From NCBI GenBank assembly GCA_030390025.1, contig CM059444.1:51832001-51896000 (forward strand): a stretch of 64,000 bases of DNA, written 5' to 3'. This DNA comes from Squalus acanthias (Eukaryota). The translations under genes were made by a program, and so were the position numbers. This document shows positions 13,750-26,782 of the stretch, one piece after another (the first letter of the stretch is position 1; every line of letters begins with the position of its first letter). The notes beneath the pieces are model-generated. The model made no database searches, was not told the origin of the DNA, and saw nothing but the letters and a program-made list of their open reading frames with translations.

Positions 13750-14323
13750 ATAGAGATTCATCGAGCTTCGCAAATTGCTAAATAAAATGGATTAATAAAG
13801 AACTGCGTGAAGGAGCCCCATAAATAAAGATTACCAATGAAGTAAAACTGGAAGCAAACGATCAGAGTTGAGGAAGGAATGAACTTGGTAAATTTCCGCT
13901 TTCATCATCTGCTAATTCTCACCGCTTATTTCTCTCGGGTTTTTAATTCTGCAAATAGGTTTTAAGTCATTTACCTGATGGTTTACATATTGAATACATA
14001 AGTAGCTGTTAGTGATGGTGCCAACCCATCACGCTACCAGCCCGTTAAAAATAGATGTGAGCAACATGTTGCTCATCTGGAGAAGAGTAAACCAACTGAC
14101 CGAGGCATCGACACAGGAAATATTGACCAGCAAAAATAGCCCAGGCGTTGCTGTACGACAAGGAGCATGAAACATTTATAAATCAAACATAGAGCAAAAT
14201 TAAACATTTTATATATATAATTATCTATCTATATGTAAGTTTGTGGGTAATTTAAACCACAACTGCTTAAAATGAATACCCGGGTGTAACAGAAAGAACG
14301 TGATATGATCGCCTTGTAAACGC

Positions 14324-14965
14324 AGAGGCTCCAAAATTCCTCGCCATTTTTGGCATATCTGCAGCCTACAATTGGCGCAACTGTATTTTTGAGACCTGGA
14401 AAATTGGCTGGAAGTCATTTCTGCTGGTTTTCCGCCTCCAAAATCAATACACCCGAGTTTGTAATTACAATTTGGCCCTTCCTGCAATCCACCCACTGAG
14501 CCCCCACAGAGCTGATTTATATAAATTAAAATGAAGGTCATTGACGCTGTAGTTGCAGAAGTTACGCTCCCAATCCATGGTGAGTAACTCAGAACAGGAT
14601 TCATCAGGAGGACCTGTGACAGCTGAGACTGCCAGAAATGAGGGACTTTTGAGCCTGAAGAATGCAGAAACTTCGACTATTTGTTACTGGGACCGAGAAA
14701 ATTTGAGAGCAATTTTCATTTTGCTTTTCACCTAGACATCCCGAGACTTGCTTCTGACTGCACGTGGGACTGTGAGACCCTGAGATATTTTTACCCCCAC
14801 CAACTAGATGGCTGAATGTTTTCCCCTCTCTTATGTAGCTGCTGATAATTTGCGACTCGTTCGCAGGCCAGTAGCGCAGTACCCCGCCCCATCTGTTCTG
14901 GCAGCAGAATTTCTACATGCCAATTGTACTTTTCCACCAGAATTCGGGTAGAAATTTGAACCTCA
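14324..14965. mobile_element. Harbinger-like MITE
   Basis: Imperfect TIRs gaggctccaaaattcc / gaaatttgaacctc. Confidence 0.45.
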
Positions 14966-15099
14966 CTCTATTTCCGTGCAGCCTCTGTGCAGTGGTTTCT
15001 CACTCGTGTTAATAGCTGTGGCTCCAGGAGGTCCCCAGTAGCCGTAAAAAACTGCTGGCACTGGATAATGGCGCTAAATGAAGGCATTGTACCTGCTTC

Positions 15100-15480
15100 C
15101 AGCATATTCACCTGCATTGTGGTCTGTCACCACCTTAACATTGATGGAATGAAAACCTTTTCTATTGATTTATGGTATGGGGTTATTGTTAGGGGCCTTG
15201 ATGGCTTCATCTGTGCCATCATTGAGGCACTGCACTTTAGGGAAGCTTGACACCGAGTAAAAGTACTATACTCTCTCATACTATCATCTCCCTTCCATTG
15301 GGAAAAGGACAAAAGTGTTTCGCCAAGCAAACAAAGCTTCTCTAACCTGCTTGATGCATCAACAGATCAAAGTTTGACTATTGCAGTAAATGTCACCGGT
15401 GTTGTCTTGAAAGGATCTGGTTGTGTAAAATTTCAATGCTGTGGTCACCTTCACAGCAACAGGCCGAGCTGTCCCTGTAC
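15100..15480 (-). pseudogene. Harbinger (HARBI1-like) transposase relic, not called in the ORF track
   Basis: Manual translation: PVAVKVTTALKFYTTRSFQDNTGDI...CIKQVREALF; VQCLNDGTDEAIKAP; INRKGFHSINVKVVTD; contains stops. Confidence 0.85.
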
Positions 15481-16319
15481 TAGATCTGGTCTACAATTTG
15501 GGACTGGGTGATAGACCCTCTCATGAATCAACGATGGAAAAGGGAAGCCTGCTCAAACATGGCCAAGTAGGCTGTGGCCTAAGTCTGAATCCCTGTTTCT
15601 TGGGCCAAGTATAAGTTGGCCCCAAACGTGTAACATGCAAGGATACCTGCTTTGTTTTCTCTGTCTGAACTCCTCCAAATCTAAAATGGCCATTGGAAGA
15701 CCCAATGGAACATCTATGCTGAGCAGCGCGGTTATAGCTAAGGTTTGCCGCTTTCAGTCCCACTGCCAACCTCTCTCACTTTGGTGAGCACAAAAATTCA
15801 TCAAAACCTTCTTCTTTTAAAGAAACATTCACTGCTCTCAGTCATTTTACTATTTTATCTTTGGATTCTGATGCACTCTCAGTAAGGGTCTTTATCAAGC
15901 ATGAAACCTAATTAGATTCTAAAGGTTAATTTAAATTGTTTCACACAGATGACTGTTTAAATTTGCCTAACTAGGAAGACGAGCATATTTTTTGAAGCAT
16001 TAACATTTAATTATACAAACATTGACATTTTCCATGAAAGGGACTTTAAGGCTTTCTGAGAATTATTTGTTTGTTATAGTACGCATGGACCATAACTCAC
16101 GGAGTAATACTATCTCAGTGCAGTTTAGCACGACACAACTTTAGTACTTCACAGTGCATGACAATTATCAAAATCAGTGGGAGGAAAAGGCCAGTAGCTA
16201 TAACACAAGAGCGAGCAACCAGAAGGCTACCACTCCAGAGTAGAGCAATCAGCAGAACTGGATGGCCTGGTAGTTAAAATGCAACTGCCAAATGGTCCAA
16301 TAACTACAACCCAAAATAT

Positions 16320-16870
16320 GGTAGCTCAGCATTCAGCTCCCCGAGCCTATCCGCCACTCTATTAGCTCATGGCTGACCTTTACCCGCCTTTTTTCCGTAT
16401 CCCTTGATATCCTTACCTAACAAAAATCTAGCGATATCAATCTTGAAAATTTCAACTGATTTTGGAGAGAGATTTCCAGATTTCCACTACCCTTTGTGCA
16501 AAGAAATGCTTCCTGATTTCACTCGTGTATGACCTAGGTCTCATTTTTAAGATTCTGCCCCCTTTGTTCTGTATTCCCCTAACAGAGAAAATAGTTTCTC
16601 TGTATCTCCACTCTCGAATATCTTTATCATATTGAACACCTTGATTAAATCACCTTCTAAACTGAAAGAAATACAAACCAAGTTTATGCAACCTTGCACC
16701 TGCTCTAGCTTTTAGCAATTTGTGTACCTAGACACCCAAATCCCTTTGCTCCTCCACACCTGCTAGAGTCTCCCCATTAATAAAATATTCCAATTTGTCT
16801 TTCTTGGATCCAAAGTAGATGTCCTCACTCTTCCCCACATTAAACTCCATCCGGCATCTGCCCACTCACT
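16320..16870 (-). mobile_element. Old CR1 3' fragment
   Basis: Similar to 51772-52200 and 36290-37730. Confidence 0.7.
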
Positions 16871-17001
16871 TAGTCTGGTAAACATGTAGCTACAACCATT
16901 CAATGCTGGGACCTAGGTTTGAATCTTCAACAGAGGAAGAAAGAATCATAGAATGTTACAGCACAGAAACAGGCCAATCAGTCATCAAAGTGTATAACTT
17001 T

Positions 17002-17734
17002 GGGCCGGATATTCTGATCCCTACCGGTGTGTACGAGCTGTGTACACACCCGTAGGGACTTCAGAAATGCCGGTTTCAGGCATGCGAAGCGCATGCGCTG
17101 AAAACCGGCATTTCCGATATGTCAAGAATGCCCTGGAGAAGGGCCTCTGCAGGTGGAGAGTTCCACTTTCTGGAGACCCTCCGCCCGCAGAAAACCCTTA
17201 GAAATCTTATGCCTGGTAAAAGCAGGTACAAGGCCTGCTTTTACCAGGATAAGAGTTGAAAAAAGTTTTTAAAAAGGTTTTCACTCATTATCATTTAAAA
17301 ATACTTTAAAAAAAGGTAAGTTTATTTTTAGCCCCGTAAAAAACTTTAATTATTCTTTTCAAAAAATTAATTTTGTTTAAAATATTTAATTTATTGTAAT
17401 TTCAAATAATTTTTAAAATGTGATTTTTAAAAAATTTTATTTAATGTTTTAAAGTGCTTTTGGGGTGAGCTCCATTCATATATTTGACAGGTCTATCTGT
17501 CAAGTGTATGAAGGGAGATTCTCTTCTTTGATTGGCTCCCCATGGCCCACGTGATCCCAGGGATGCTTGCGAACCACATGCGCCTCTGGGATACCTGGGC
17601 CCTGCGCACTTGGAGTTGGAGAGGCCCAGGAGCGGAAGTGTCTGGACCTCGGGAGCCCTCAGGTAAGTGCGTAGATTTTTTTCCAGATTGGAGGCTTCCG
17701 CACGCAGGAAGCCTCCGATCGGAAAATACGGGCC
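17002..17734. mobile_element. Harbinger-like MITE
   Basis: TIRs gggccggatattctgatc / gatcggaaaatacgggcc (14/18 match); GC-rich ends, AT-rich core. Confidence 0.65.
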
Positions 17735-17759
17735 AATGTTTTTCTGAGCTTAAGTCAGC

Positions 17760-18370
17760 TAGTCTAATCCCACTGTCCAGCTTTTAATAGTCCTCTTTTT
17801 CAAGCAACTGCCTTAATTTTCTTTTAAATTCATATGTCAATTTTGCTTCAACATTTAGTGACATTTAGTGAGAATTTCACATTACAACCATCCTTTGAGT
17901 AAAGACATTTTTTTTAACCTCCCTTTAATTTTTTGGTGATTATTTTAAATTTGCGCCTCCTTATTACTGTCTCACCAACCAATAGAAAAAAATCTATCAT
18001 TAATTACCTTAACATAACCTTTCATGATCTTGAAGACCTCTATCTGGTCACCCCTTAACCTTCTCAACGCTAGTGAAAAAAGCACGAGGTCCTCAGATCT
18101 CTCTTCATAACGGTGACCCCTTATCTCTGACAATGTCCACACCTTTTCCATTGCTTTTATATCCTTCTCATAACAGAGTGTCTTGTACAAGTTTAATATC
18201 ACCCTCCATGCTTTTGCATTCTATGCCTCTAGATACAAAGCCAAGGTTTCTGTTTCCCTTTTCATGGCCTTATCTATTTATGCTGCCACCTTTAATGACC
18301 ATTGAAGGTGTATTTCCTATCCCTACTCATACTTCCAAAATGCACTCACATTTTCTACATTGAACTGCAA
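17760..18370 (-). mobile_element. Old CR1 fragment
   Basis: RRLRGDQIEVFKIMKG. Confidence 0.75.
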
Positions 18371-18752
18371 TGTAATAATCAGTGTAGTATTATTATATAA
18401 ATGCAAGTTCTTTCTTTCTAGTAATATCCTAAATCGAATGATTTAGATAGTTTAATTCATGATAATAAGAGAGAGAATGTATTATCTACATTAACAATGA
18501 ACATCAAGCCAGTCAGGTTCCAGATTCAGGCTAACCCTACAACCTCAGTTTGTCAATCAAGTGATTCACCAAAACCTCTCGAAAATGGGTAAGCATGGAT
18601 TCCTAGCAACTCTGTGGCACCACAGGCCGATGTGCCAGTAAGATATGGATTTGTGACAGCGATGCACCACATGGTAAGGTCCCAATTTTGTCCAGGTCAT
18701 GGGGAGGGGGGAGGAAGCAGCTCAGTCGAGCTTGTTTCCTTATCCACAAGGA

Positions 18753-19164
18753 TGTGGAGATGCCGGTGTTGGACTGGGGTGGACAAATGTGAGAAGTCGC
18801 ACAACACCAGGTTATAGTCCAACAGCTTTATTTGAAATCACAAGCTTTCGGAGCGCTGCTCCTTCGTCAGGTGAAGTGAAGAGATGCATATAGGCACAGC
18901 ATATATAGTCAGAGAACACTGCCAGATGATTACAGTTAATCTTTCCAACTGCCCTTTATCACACCTCGGCAGAGAGATAATCACGGCAATCAAAGGTGTG
19001 GATGGTGTCCCAACAGGTCAGTCAGGAAAACATTACATGACTATATATGCTGTGCCTATATGCATCTCTTCACTTCACCTGACGAAGGAGCAGCGCTCCG
19101 AAAGCTTGTGATTTCAAATAAAGCTGTTGGACTATAACCTGGTGTTGTGCGACTTCTCACATTT
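18753..19164. mobile_element. Fold-back Penelope mini-element, pLTR family B
   Basis: 127-bp inverted arms 18785-18911 / 19038-19164; TSD tatccacaagga (18741-18752, 19164-19175). Confidence 0.9.
19074..19112 (+). ncRNA. Minimal hammerhead ribozyme motif
   Basis: TCAC-CTGACGA-A-GGAGC AGC GCTCC-GAAA-GCTT-GTGA; mirror copy on the - strand at about 18837-18875. Confidence 0.8.
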
Positions 19165-20136
19165 ATCCACAAGGAAGGAGAGAAAAATCAGTAAGTGAGG
19201 CGCCATGAGCCTCTGTCCAGCAGGCAGCAGGTGCCTACATGTCCTCTCGGCTGGATGGTGCTGTGTGGGCCAAAAGGAAGGGAAGCGATTAAAGAAAGAC
19301 AATAAGGATGCTTACCGACTTGGCAATTAACTGTTGCTTCAGGTAGCAATAGTCCAAGAGACCAGATCAATGCATCCTGAAATAATCATATTTCAATAGC
19401 ACAATAGAGATAAGAAACAAAATATTGAAATAATGGACAAAATAAAACTTACACCAGATAAAGGTAAAACCTCAAAACCGTAACATAGATAAATAAATAT
19501 GTAATTGATAGGCTATAGTAAAGACTAATTAAGCAAAAGATTAATTTTAAAAGTAACATGCTGGCTGTGGATTTTATTGGTAGCACAATGTTTAATTCAA
19601 GTTTAGCTGATTTCAAGCTTCGCTGATCTAGCCGGTAATGTAATTTTAAACATAATTTTTGCACATCATTTCATTCACTAGAATTAGCCAATTACAGCTA
19701 ATTAATCCCATTTGCTCAGACATATCACTAAGCTAGCATTCAGACTGTGGTGGGAGCACAAAGGATGACTTCTGGTTGGTAATGGCTTTCTTCCTTGTTT
19801 TCGTGAGACAGTGCATGATGCTGCGTGCTTCGAAAAGGTGTACTCAAAAGTTCATCACATTCACAGAGTTGTCTTACAGTGTTCCCTACCTGATGTCATC
19901 AAAAGTTGTGCACATTCACAGCAAGGTGATGGAGCTTAAGAGATACAGACCGTTTTGTAAAGACTGACTGTTAAGCCAGGCAGAGGAACAACATTATTGG
20001 TAAAGGAAGACATAACAGCTCTTAAAAAGGTGACCATCAGTGAAGGAGATGGCAGAAGCAATATGTGTGGTAAGTAGTAATGGTAAGGGAAACAAAGTCA
20101 TATTTTAATTGTCAGTTGCTATTAACTTTCAGCATA

Positions 20137-20700
20137 AACAACAACAACTTGCATTTATATAGCGCCTTTAACGTAGTAAAATGTCCCACAGCGCTTCACA
20201 GGAGCGTTATAAAACAATATTTGACACCGAGCCACATAAGGAGATATTTGGGCAGATGACTTGGTCATAGAGGTAGGTTTTAAGGAGCATCTTAAAGGAG
20301 GAAAGAGGGGTAGAGAGGCGGAGAGATTCAGGGAGGGAATTTCAGAGCTTAGGGCCTAGGCAGCTGAAGGTACGGCCACCAATGGTTGAGTGATTAAAAT
20401 CAGGGATGCGCAAGAGGCCAGAATTAGAGGAGCGCAGATATCTCAGGGGGTTGTGGGGCTGGCGGAGATTACAGAGATAGGGAGGGGCGAGGCCATGGAG
20501 GGATTTGAAAACAAGGATGAGAATTTTAAAATCGAGGCATTGCTTAACCGGGAGTTAATGTAGGTCAGCGAGCACAGGGGTGATGGGTGAACGGGACTTG
20601 GTGCGAGTTAGGACACGGGCAGCCGAGTTTTGGATGACCTCAAGTTTACATAGGGTAGAACGTGGGAGTGCGTTGGAATAGTCAAGACTAGAGGTAATGA
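20137..20700 (-). mobile_element. L2 LINE 3' fragment
   Basis: (AAC)n tail; translation KLEVIQNSAARVLTRTKSRSPITPVLADLH. Confidence 0.88.
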
Positions 20701-20717
20701 ATGAACACGTAAAGAGG

Positions 20718-21232
20718 GACAATAGCAAAATACTGCGGATGCTGGAAAACTGAAATAACAACAGAAAGCGCTGGAAAAACTCAGCAGGCCAGGCAACATC
20801 CGTGGAGAGAGAAACAGAGTTAATGTTTCAGGTCGAAGACCCTTCATCAGAACTGAGAAAGAAGCAGGAAATGAAACAGATGAAGTTGGAGGCTGGGGGA
20901 AGGAATAAAAGAACAAAAGGGGAGGTCCCCTGAGATATCTGCGCTCCTCTAATTCTGGCCTCTTGAACATCCCTGATTTGAATCGCTCCACCATCGGTGG
21001 CCGTACCTTCAGCTGCCTCGGCCCTAAGCTCTGGAATTCCCTCCCTAAACCTCTCCGCCTCTCTACCCCTCTTTCCTCCTTTAAGATGCTCCTTAAAACC
21101 TCCCCTTTTGTTCTTTTATTCCTTCCCCCAGCCTCCAACTTCACCTGTTTCATTTCCTGCTTTTTTCTCAGTTCTGACGAAGGATCTTCGACCTGAAATG
21201 TTAACTCTGTTTCTCTCTCCACGGATGTTGCC
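20718..21232. mobile_element. Fold-back Penelope mini-element, family A, with an L2-derived spacer
   Basis: Inverted arms about 20791-20926 / 21098-21232; TSD a(c/t)gtaaagagg; hammerhead cores at about 20820-20855 (-) and 21170-21207 (+). Confidence 0.85.
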
Positions 21233-21323
21233 ATGTAAAGAGGCAAAATGGGTTAGGACACTATCCTTTCACCCCTGGGTTCTTGGTCTGTCTAAAAGTC
21301 AAATTTAACCTACCACAGGACTT

Positions 21324-24300
21324 TGTGGCGGATCGCCACCTAAACGGGCGCAATCCACTTTTCCGTCCGTGGACAATAAATCGGGCACCTTGCCTTTAAG
21401 GCACCTTGCCTTTAAGGCAGGAGAAAAGGAGTGGGCGGGGCCTCTGGGTTTTTGTGAGAGAAATGTGGCTGCAGCCATTTTGACCAGAGTTGTGATTAAA
21501 AGCTATGTGTTTCACATGTTGACTCGGCCTCAATTTGTGCTCTGCAGCAGCCACAACATTGGTGACCCCGCCGCTCAGAACGTATTCCGAGCACTGCAAT
21601 GGCGGACACGAACGCAGTTTCCGTGAAACTGCCGGAGTTTTGGGAAAACCAGCCCGAAGCCTGATTTCTCCAAGCCGAGTCCCGATTCCGGCTGCAACAA
21701 ATCACCACAGATGGGACGAAGTACGACTACCTCGTCACATCACTCAGTAGCTCCACAGTTACGAAGGTCTGGACAGCGCTGCAGAACCCACCAGAGGGGG
21801 GCAAGTATGCACATCTTAAGGCCGCGTTCCTTAAAAATTTACGGCCTTGACATACCAGCGAAACTGCCACCTCCTCGACCTTCCAGGCCTCGGTGATGCC
21901 TCACCGTCAGACCTCCTCTCCCACATGCTCTCCCTCACCGACGAGAGCCCACCCGGATCCCTCTTCCACACGCTGTTCATCCGCCAGCTACCTCTCAGCA
22001 TCCGCCCAGCGATCGTGGCGTCTGGCCTCACGGACCTGGAAGCCCTGGCCGATGAGGCCGACAAGCTGCTGTCCGCTCACTCCAGCCGCGACGTCACTCC
22101 GGACCTGGCAGTCACTGCCTGGGCGCGCCCCTCACCGGCCACCACGCGGCCACAAGGCCCAGCCACCGGGCTCACGGGGCCTTCGCGCCCCACTAACCCG
22201 GGCCACTGTTACTACCACGCACGGTTCGGCGCCAGGGCACAACGGTGCACACCTCCCTGCTCTTTCAAGCCCGCCCCCGTACCAGCTCCCGCGATGGCCG
22301 TGGGCCACGCGGGCTCCCTGCTGTACGTCACGGATGACAAAATCGGCCGCCGGTTCCTGTGCGACACTGGGGCTCAGCACAGCATCATCCCGGCCTCCTC
22401 CCTCGACATCCAAAAGGGCGAACGAGGACCGGCGCTGGCTGCTGCTAACGGCTCGGACATCCCGACGTACGGCACCCGCACAGTCACCCTCGACCTCGCT
22501 GGTCGCCGCTACCGATGGGAGTTCATCACTGTCAAGGTGCTCTCCCCTCTCATCGGCGCGGATTTCCTGTGCGCCCACGGCCTACTGGTAGACATCCCTC
22601 GTCACCGCCTCGTGGACATGAACACCATGTCCCCCATCCTGGGCGCCATGGCCCCCCGTCAACCCGCCGACATGGCGTCACAGTGCCACGCCCAGGCCAC
22701 GGATGACTACTCGGCACTCCTGGCCGAATTCCCGGCCCTTACCAATCTGACCTTCTCCGCGGAGGCCGCCAAACACGGGGTGGAACACTTCATCCCCACC
22801 ACAGGCCCCCCAGTGTACGCCCACGCCCGCAGGCTGGACCCGGCCAAACTGGAGATCGCGCGGACCGAGTTTGCCACCATGGAACAGCTCGGCATCATCC
22901 GCCGCTCCAACAGTCCCTGGGCCTCCCCACTCCACATCGCCCCCAAACCAGGCGGGGGTTGGCGCCCCTGCGGGGATTACCACCGCCTCAACGACGCCAC
23001 CACCCCTGATCGGTACCCCGTGCCGCACATCCAGGACTGGTCGGCCGCTCAGTCTTTTCCAAGGTCGACCTGGTGCGCGGCTACCACCAAGTCCCCGTCC
23101 ACCCCGCGGACATCCCCAAGACGGCCGTAATCACCCCCTTCGGCCTGTTCGAGTTCCTGCGGATGCCCTTCGGCCTCAAAAACGTGGCCCAGGCATTCCA
23201 ATGGCTCATGGACTCGGTCCTTCGGGACCTGAAGTTCCTGTTCGTCTACCTGGACGACATCCTGGTAGCCAGTTCCTCCAAGCAGGAACACCTCGAACAC
23301 CTTCGCATCCTGTTCGGGCGCCTCAGCGACCATGGGCTCATCCTCAGCCCAGCCAAATGCCAGTTCGGCCTGGACAAGATCGACTTCCTCGGCCACCACA
23401 TCACCCATGCTGGGGCCATTCCCCTGCCCACCAAGGTGCAGGCCGTCCAACAATTTCCCCGCCCCACCACCATCAAAGGCCTCCAGGAGTTCCTCGGGAT
23501 GGTGAATTTCTATAACCGCTTCATCCCCAAAGCGGTGTCCCTCATGAGGCCCCTGTATGAAGCCCTCCGGGGCAGGAGCGGCAAGATGGCGGTCGAATGG
23601 ACGGCAGACGCGTCAGCCGCCTTCGACTCCACCAAGACCGCGCTCGCCAACGCCACCCTGCTCGCGCACCCACGGCCCAATGCCAGGGTAGCGCTCACCA
23701 CGGACGCCTCCGACCATGCGGTCGGCGCCGTGTATGAGCAGTGGGTCGACGGCGCCTGGCAACCACTTGCCTTCTTCAGCCGCCAACTACGCCCCCCGGA
23801 GGTCAAGTACTGCACCTTCAACCGCGAGCTCCTCGCGCTGTTCCTGGCGGTCCGCCATTTTCGGTTTTTGCTGGAGGGCCACCCCTTCACTGCGTTTGTC
23901 GACCACAAACCCCTGACATTCGCAATGGCAAAGACAACCGACCCCTGGTCCGCCAGGCAGCAGCGCCAGCTCGCGGCAGTGTCCGAGTTCACCACGAACA
24001 TCCAACACGTCTCCTGCCGAGACAATGTGGTAGCCGACTGCCTCTCCCGCCCCGCCATCCACGCTGCACACCTGGCAGTCGACTACGCTCAACTCGCAGC
24101 AGACCAGATCACCGACCCTGATCTGCTCTCCGCACCTACCAACCTACCAGGGCTACGCCTGGCCGACGTCGCCTGGGGCCCGACCGCAGTCACGGTCAAG
24201 TGCGACATATCCCTATGTCAACCTCGGCCCGTCGTCCCAGCGTCCTGGCGCCGCCGGGTATTCGAGATTCTTCACAACCTCTCCCACCCCGGCGCCCGCG

Positions 24301-25652
24301 CATCCATCAAATTGGTAGCCAACCGCTTTGTCTGGCGCGGCCTTCGCAAGGATGTGCGTACTTGGGCCAACCCCTGCCTAGCCTGCCAACGGGCCAAGGT
24401 GCAGCAACACACGAAAGCACCCCTCGAGGAGTTTACCGTCCCTTCGCGTAGATTCGACCACATCCACGTGGACATCGTCGGGCCCCTGCTGCCGTCGCAA
24501 GGCCACACGCACTTGCTGACGATCGTTGACCGCACCACGCGCTGGCCCAAGGCAATTCCACTGACCTCTACCACCACCGCCGACATCGCCAGAGCCTTCG
24601 TCAGCACCTGGGTCGCATGGTTCGGCGTCCCCTCCGACATGACGTCGGACAGAGGTCCGCAATTTACCTCTGAACTCTGGACCGCCGTCGCATGCAATCT
24701 CGGGGTGACCATTCACCGCACCACAGCGTACCACCCCCAAGCCAACGGACTGTGTGAGCGGTTCCACAGATCCTTGAAGGCATCTCTTCGAGCCAGCCTC
24801 CAGGACGGCATCTGGACCGACCGACTCCCGTGGGTCCTCCGCGGCCTGCGTACCGCGGTTAAAGAAGACATCCACGCATCGGCAGCAGAGCTCGTGTACG
24901 GCCAGCCGCTGCGCATACCCAGCGAGTTCCTGCCCACCGCCACGACACCCTGGTCAGCCGACCAGCAACGCCACGACTTCGCCTCACCGGCGCTACAGTT
25001 CGCCCCAATGCCCATTGCCCGACACGGCGAATCCACCTCACACGTCCCACTAAGCCTGCACCAGGCACGGTTCATTTTCGTCCGGCACGACGACCACCGC
25101 GGACCCCTTCAACCCCCGTACGACGGGCCCTACAAGGTGCTACAGGCTGGGGACAAATTTTTCACCCTGCAAGTGGGCGACAGGACCGAAAAAGTGTCGG
25201 TTGATCGACTCAAGCCAGCACACTCGGAGCCCGGTGAGCAGGTCCTTGTAGCTCGTCCACCGCCACGCGGCCGACCTGCCCTCAAGCCGGTTCACCCGGC
25301 TGCTCCACGCCCGGCCGTTCCACGTCCACTGGCGTCCTACAAGAGCCACTCCGGCCGGCCCATCAGACCGCCGCACCGTCTCGTCCACACCTCCTAAGCG
25401 GATTCTGGGGGGAGCTGTGTGGCGGATCGCCACCTAAACGGGCGCAATCCATTTTTCCGTCCGTGGACAATAAATCGGGCACCTTGCCTTTAAGGCACCT
25501 TGCCTTTAAGGCAGGAGAAAAGGAGTGGGCGGGGCCTCTGGGTTTTTGTGAGAGAAATTTGGCTGCAGCCATTTTGACCAGAGTTGTGATTAAAAGCTAT
25601 GTGTTTCACATGTTGACTCGGCCTCAATTCGTGCTCCGCGGCAGCCACAACA
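21324..25652 (+). mobile_element. Gypsy LTR retrotransposon, CsRn1/Kabuki-like, near full length
   Basis: 235-bp LTRs 21324-21558 / 25418-25652 (about 5 mismatches); 4-bp TSD ACTT; PBS TGGTGACCCCG (tRNA-Trp); G-rich PPT. Confidence 0.95.
21599..25397 (+). pseudogene. gag-pol with a few frameshifts and stops
   Basis: AVSVKLPEFW; CHCC motif CYYHARFGARAQRCTPPC; CDTGA; YLDD; [10 protein letters not shown]; HHCC plus DDE integrase; GPY/F (YDGPYKV). Confidence 0.93.
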
Positions 25653-26671
25653 ACTTCAAACTTTAACTTCAGACTCTCTCATATCATCTCCTCCCTGTTC
25701 TCTGTTTATGACAAGGGCATATCTCTCCTAATCTCTGCCATGCTTATGTAACCTGAATTCCCTCTGTGTCCATTTGTGTGCACGTTTTGGCTGCCCCTCT
25801 GAGCTTATTACTTCTAATTTCCTTTTTTTCCCTTGGCTGCCTTGTTTCCCTATAGTACACGTCAAAAGTACTTCATTGGCTTTAAAGTGCTTTGGAACAT
25901 CCTGAGGTTGTGAAATGGAAGTCCGTTCCTTTTCTTTCATATTGCTTAATTAAATATATTGTGTAAAGGAATTTTCTCCAATGTCAGGTTGAGATGTTAC
26001 AGGGCATACACTCCCAGAAGACCTTAAAACACTCCCTACCAGGGCTGCCCTGCCATAAGCGCAAACCACTTAAGAATTTTAGATGCAGAACTGATCATCC
26101 AGCAAGTCAGGCAATTAGACTGTGAAACTAGGGCTTGATGTAATGATTGGGACTTCTTCAACAAGGGATCCGACTGAAATTCAGTTTAAGTAAAGACATA
26201 TTAATGCACTGTAAACATCTCCTGTACTGTGGCCAGCTCCCCGATCAGGCTAGAATATGCAACAAAGACTGAGGCAGTGGATAATTTTTCACCATTTTTA
26301 CTGTTACCCAGAGGGAGATGAAGATTTTTCTTTGACTGAGTTGTAAATATGAACTGAGCGAAAATTATTGGGATGGTTTTTAATCGATTACTTTAATTGA
26401 ATTGATTTATGATTGTAATTGTTGATTATCTATACTTTTATAGTTTTCTAAATTTCTAATCAATAAATCTCTGTGTTTTATTAGGTCATTGCTTGTCTAC
26501 CCGTGTATCGATAATTATCAGAGGATTTTATATTTTACTGTTTCTGACTGAGATGGGCCCCTCTGTTTTTTTCAACTCCGCTGGTTTCTGCAGGCTAAAT
26601 AGGATCTGTGGTTGAGTGGGCTGGTGGCAAGCTGTATGCAGGCCTCTGCTAATGTCACCCTCAGTCCTCCT

Positions 26672-26782
26672 ACACTACAACAGTGACTACACTTCAAAAA
26701 GTACTTCATTGGCTGTAAAGCGCTTTGGGCCGTCCTGAGGTAATGAAAGGCGCTATATAAATGCAAGTCTTCCTTTTCTTTC
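26672..26782 (+). mobile_element. Deu-SINE 3' tail
   Basis: Matches 5700-5797. Confidence 0.75.

Noticed and set aside
19776-20080. Possible host exon ending at gtaagt
   Set aside because: No convincing open frame or recognisable protein
21893-25075. Many overlapping alternative-frame ORFs
   Set aside because: Expected from the high GC content of the Gypsy; no independent motifs
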